From Octopus vulgaris (taxonomy: Eukaryota), in NCBI GenBank assembly GCA_951406725.2, contig OX597818.1, forward strand, positions 97,650,001 to 97,714,000: a stretch of DNA of 64,000 nt, written 5' to 3'. Position numbers and translations under genes: made by a program. The notes below the pieces were generated by a model. It had not been told where the DNA came from. It saw nothing but the letters and a program-made list of their open reading frames with translations, and searched no databases. Positions 59,811 to 64,000 of this stretch are shown piece by piece (position 1 is the first letter of the stretch; each line of letters opens with the position of its first letter).

Positions 59811-60759
59811 ATATATATATATATATATATATAAATCAGTGCTCCGGTATGTAAAATGACTGAAACAAGTAAAAGAGTAAATGAGTAAAAGGATATATAC
59901 ATATGTACATACATCATATATATACACACTTATGTGTATACATAAAATATATATATATATATATATCTGTGTGTCCGTATACATTCGACCCTCTTTCCAA
60001 GAAATCCAATGCCTGTGGCTTGGTTTTTCCTTGGGGCTGGCCGGGTCGGAGTAATATCGAGTAATATCGAGATTAAACAGCCGAAATTACTAAGATGATC
60101 CGGTTCCCGACTGAAGATTAGAGGCTTCGAGTGACCCGTCTGTTTTTTTGTGTCGTCTCCTTGTGTGTTTTTGCGTTCTTGTCCCACTTTGTAATTTATA
60201 TTTTATATTTAATTTCCATATATATATATATAGGAATAACATCATATTAGCTAGACAGAGATGTCAGAATATCCATGGCATAGAGGTTAGGAAAAAATTT
60301 TGTCCAACACTCTACCAAGTTCACCAGCCTATAGCCCAGGGCCGGTCCTTTATTTTGAGGATAAAAGTGGATCTCGGAGGGATATGAACACGAAACGTGA
60401 AGATCTGGGAACAAATAAAACAAGAAACTTTTTTTCCTAATTTTCTACCGACTCTGTTAATTCACCAACTTTAATACCACCCTTCCGCCTTAAAATATAA
60501 AAGAAACATTGGTTCATGAGGTTCTAGATAAGCCATGTCTGAATAACATGGAGAAAAGTCATGTCTACAACGTTTTTGGTCATTGAGTTTGCGGGATCCA
60601 GGCTGACCCAGGACTAAGCAATAATGAAAACAATAGCAAAGTGCAAAGCATGAATTTTTACATATAGTAAAAACAATAACACAGAATAAAATCAGTCACA
60701 AAAAGAAAGTTCGCGTACGTAAAATAAGATAGTACTTGTACGTGTACTTGTGACGGCGT

Positions 60760-60990
60760 TCACCCAGGACGGGCTGAGCCGGCTTCTTCTCTGTTGCTAA
60801 CGGTCGACGGTCCTGTGCGAGGTTACTGGAGATAGCAAGCGATTCGCGGTTCCATCTGTGAGACCGACCACCTGCGGACCTGAGAGTTCGGAAAGGTCTT
60901 CTTTATCGTCGTTGTCCAGGTTTTCAGCTGCCCGCCCGTGCGTTTGCGCCAGCTGGGAAGTGGAGGTGGGAGGAGGATATCGCGAAGATA
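60760..60990. promoter_or_regulatory. CpG-rich unique island with four E-boxes, candidate NSCL enhancer or promoter
   Basis: CATCTG 60853-60858, CACCTG 60869-60874, CAGCTG 60925-60930 and 60950-60955. Confidence 0.45.
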
Positions 60991-61030
60991 GGGTAAAATA
61001 TGATTTTAATTTGTTTCAGTTTCTTTAAAA

Positions 61031-61445
61031 AAGGCACTGGCGTGGCTGTGTGGTAAGGAGTTTACTTCCCAATCACATGCTTCGGGGTTCAGTCCTACTG
61101 CGTGGCACCTTGGGCAAGCATCTTCTACTATCGCCCCGAACCGACTAGAGCCTTGCGAGTGGATTTAGTAGATGAAAACTGTGTGGAAGCCCAGAGCCTT
61201 GTGAGTGAATTTAGTGGGCGGAAACTACCTGGAAGCCCGTACGTGTGTCCATTTTTGTATCTGCGTTTGGCCTCCACCACTTGACAACCGGGATTGGATT
61301 GTTTATGTCTCTGTAACCTTGCTGTTCGGCAAAACAAATCGATAAAATTAGCACTAGACTTGAAAAAAAAAAAGAACCGTTTGACTAAAACCCCTCAAGG
61401 CGGTGCTCCGGCATGGCCGCAGTCCAATGACTGAAACAAGAAAGC
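61031..61445 (+). mobile_element. Older SINE family A copy
   Basis: Diverged match, with a short internal duplication. Confidence 0.75.
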
Positions 61446-61604
61446 GATAAACGATTGTTATTGTTTTCTGTAAATTGAAGAATTTTTTCGAAACAGAAAG
61501 AAGCCAAAATAAGGAAGAGAAAAAGAAAAAGTAGCAACTCTATCTATAGGAGTCGCAATCTCCTGAAACGTAAGAATAAGCAAATACCAGCAAATCTTTA
61601 CACC

Positions 61605-61760
<156 letters not shown>

Positions 61761-61781
61761 TATTATTATTATTACTATTAC

Positions 61782-61844
<63 letters not shown>

Positions 61845-61865
61845 TTTTATTATTATTATTATTAT

Positions 61866-62030
61866 ATGAAAATTCACAGCTTATTTTGCAAGGGATTATG
61901 GAAAGTGTCAGCTGTCCACAGCCAGCAGACTAAGGTGGTACTTGTTTACTGGTCATGGCTCCAAGAACCCTATGAAGAATTCCTGCAGTTCTAAGCAATC
62001 CTGATTTTTGTAGGTGTTCTACTTTCTATG
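61866..62030 (-). mobile_element. Third R4/Dong-like 3' end (different subfamily) inside (TAA)n
   Basis: KVEHLQKSGLLRTAGILHRVLG, long (ATT)n on both sides. Confidence 0.68.
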
Positions 62031-62096
62031 TTTGCTAAAAAAATTATTATTACTATTATTATTATTATTGTTGTTGTTGTCGTCGTCTCCATCGTC

Positions 62097-62165
<69 letters not shown>

Positions 62166-62587
62166 TGTTTTTCTTTTAATTTATTGCAACTAGCTCCTTC
62201 GTTGCCATCAAGCTAATGAATCTTCCACGAACCCCGAATGACTCGCCAGCCTTTGATCTTTCTACCAGTGTTATCTCCGCGGCACAGTTTGTGCAAATAT
62301 AACACTTTCAGAAGTCACCGTTATGCTCACTGGCGCGACTCTCTTGATCCTCTTCCGATAAAGGATCACGGGGATTACGACCACAATCAAGTTGTAAAAA
62401 AGCAATAAGAAAAGACAAAAAAAAAAAAAAAAAACAACCGAAAAACTAAAAAATACTTATCTAATGCGCACAGACGTTAAAACGCATAGATACAGACACA
62501 CACTTACACACACAAACACACATTCACATATAAAAGAGAGACTTACAAATACAAATACTCTTACAAACATATCTATATGGATAAACT

Positions 62588-62619
<32 letters not shown>

Positions 62620-62706
62620 CCCTTTCTATTCCTGAGCGTTATACTAATACATCTGTTTGTTTTGTACACCACCTGTCTTCGTCTTTTGTTTTCTTTCGTA
62701 AACTTT

Positions 62707-62753
<47 letters not shown>

Positions 62754-62764
62754 TTTTATATATA

Positions 62765-63102
62765 TTCTTTTATTCTTTTACTTGTTTCAGTCATTTGACT
62801 GCAGCCATGCTGGAGCACCGCTTTTACTCGAACAAATCGATCCCAGAACTTATTGTTTGTAAGCCTAGTACTTATTCTATCGGTCTCTTTTTGCAGAACC
62901 GCTAAGTGACGGGGACGTAAACACACCGACATCGGTTGTCAAGCAATGGTGGAGGGACAAACACAGACACGAATAACAAATACATACACACACACTTATA
63001 TATATATATGTGTGTGTGTATATATATATATATATATGTCTGTGTGTGTGTGTGTGTGTGTGTATACACAACATATATATATATATGTATATATATATAT
63101 AT

Positions 63103-63152
<50 letters not shown>

Positions 63153-63335
63153 TATATATATATACATATATATATATATGTTGTGTATACACACACACAC
63201 ACATATATATATACGACGGGCTTTGGTCGGCCCAAGGCTATTCTAGAAGACACTTGCCCCAGGTACCATGCCGTGGAACTGAACTCGGAACCATGTGGTT
63301 GGGAAGCAAGCTTATCTCAAGTCACTCCTGCGCGT
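62765..63335 (-). mobile_element. SINE family A
   Basis: Tail at 62765, microsatellite, head at ~63335. Confidence 0.82.
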
Positions 63336-63436
63336 GTATATATATATATATGTTTTATCTGTTAAAGTAAAGTTTAAAAATTACCTGTTAAAGGGTAGTT
63401 TTCTCTTGTGTTTAAATGTACACTATATTATATTTG

Positions 63437-63502
<66 letters not shown>

Positions 63503-63691
63503 TATGAATTTAAACTCTAGTATCGAATAGTGAGAGGTGAGTGCTCAGCACCGCATTGGTGGTTAAGTATTCGTTATTTGTAGACTGAAAGACAACCATT
63601 GATGGCATTGTTAATCCACAAATGAAGAATATCATTTTATAAACATACATAAATTATACATTAAATTTGATAAAAAAATATATGTATATAT

Positions 63692-63810
63692 GGTTACAGC
63701 TATATCATGCTGAATACACAGGTTCTCGTCCGATCACCGAAGTTAAGCAACGTCGATTCTAGTGAGTACTTAGATGGGTGACCGCTTGGGGAACCTAAGT
63801 GCTGTAAGCA
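63692..63810 (+). pseudogene. 5S rRNA: Diverged 5S rRNA copy (probable pseudogene)
   Basis: 119 nt, GGTTACAGCTATATCATGCTGAATACACAGGTTCTCGTCCGATCACCGAAGTTAAGCAACGTCG...AGTACTTAGATGGGTGACCGCTTGGGGAACC...GTGCTGTAAGCA. Metazoan 5S with A and C boxes, several substitutions, solitary, T6 run at 63819-63824. Confidence 0.88.
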
Positions 63811-64000
63811 TCTCACACTTTTTTAGGGCGGTGTTCCAGCGTGGCCGCAGTCAATGACTGAAACAAGTAAAAGAATAAAAGAATATATATATATATGTGT
63901 GTGTGTGTATGTATACTTTTTTCTTTTACTTGTTTCAGTCATTTGACTGCGGCCATGCTGGAGCACCACCTTTAGTCGAGCAAATCGACCCTAGGTCTTA

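Overview
Eukaryotic, AT-rich and extremely repeat-dense DNA. The SINE families, microsatellite load and 5S sequence suggest an octopus (coleoid cephalopod), which is an inference. Only one protein-coding gene is firmly supported: an uninterrupted minus-strand CDS (52457-52924) for the neural bHLH factor NSCL/HEN (NHLH1/2, Drosophila HLH4C). It appears to have a long, uORF-rich leader and candidate proneural enhancers. Almost every other ORF in the track is a microsatellite artefact or a transposon relic. Transposon content: Tc1 and mariner remnants, several MITEs, Helitron/Helentron pieces, L1/Tx1-like LINE relics, R4/Dong-like 3' ends inside (TAA)n, and at least five tRNA-type SINE families. 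Also present are Penelope-type terminal fragments carrying minimal hammerhead-ribozyme motifs next to (TA)n, a diverged 5S rRNA copy and one 100-N gap. Best leads: (1) the hammerhead-bearing (TA)n-associated elements, (2) a 3' stem-loop shared by a SINE and the L1/Tx1-like LINE, (3) an in-frame UAG-terminated uORF 6 nt before the NSCL start that A-to-I editing could open, and (4) a strand-coordinated G>A mutation cluster in a young tandem duplication. No wholly new multi-gene system can be demonstrated from the sequence alone. TE boundaries are approximate and family names come from motif recognition, not database searches.
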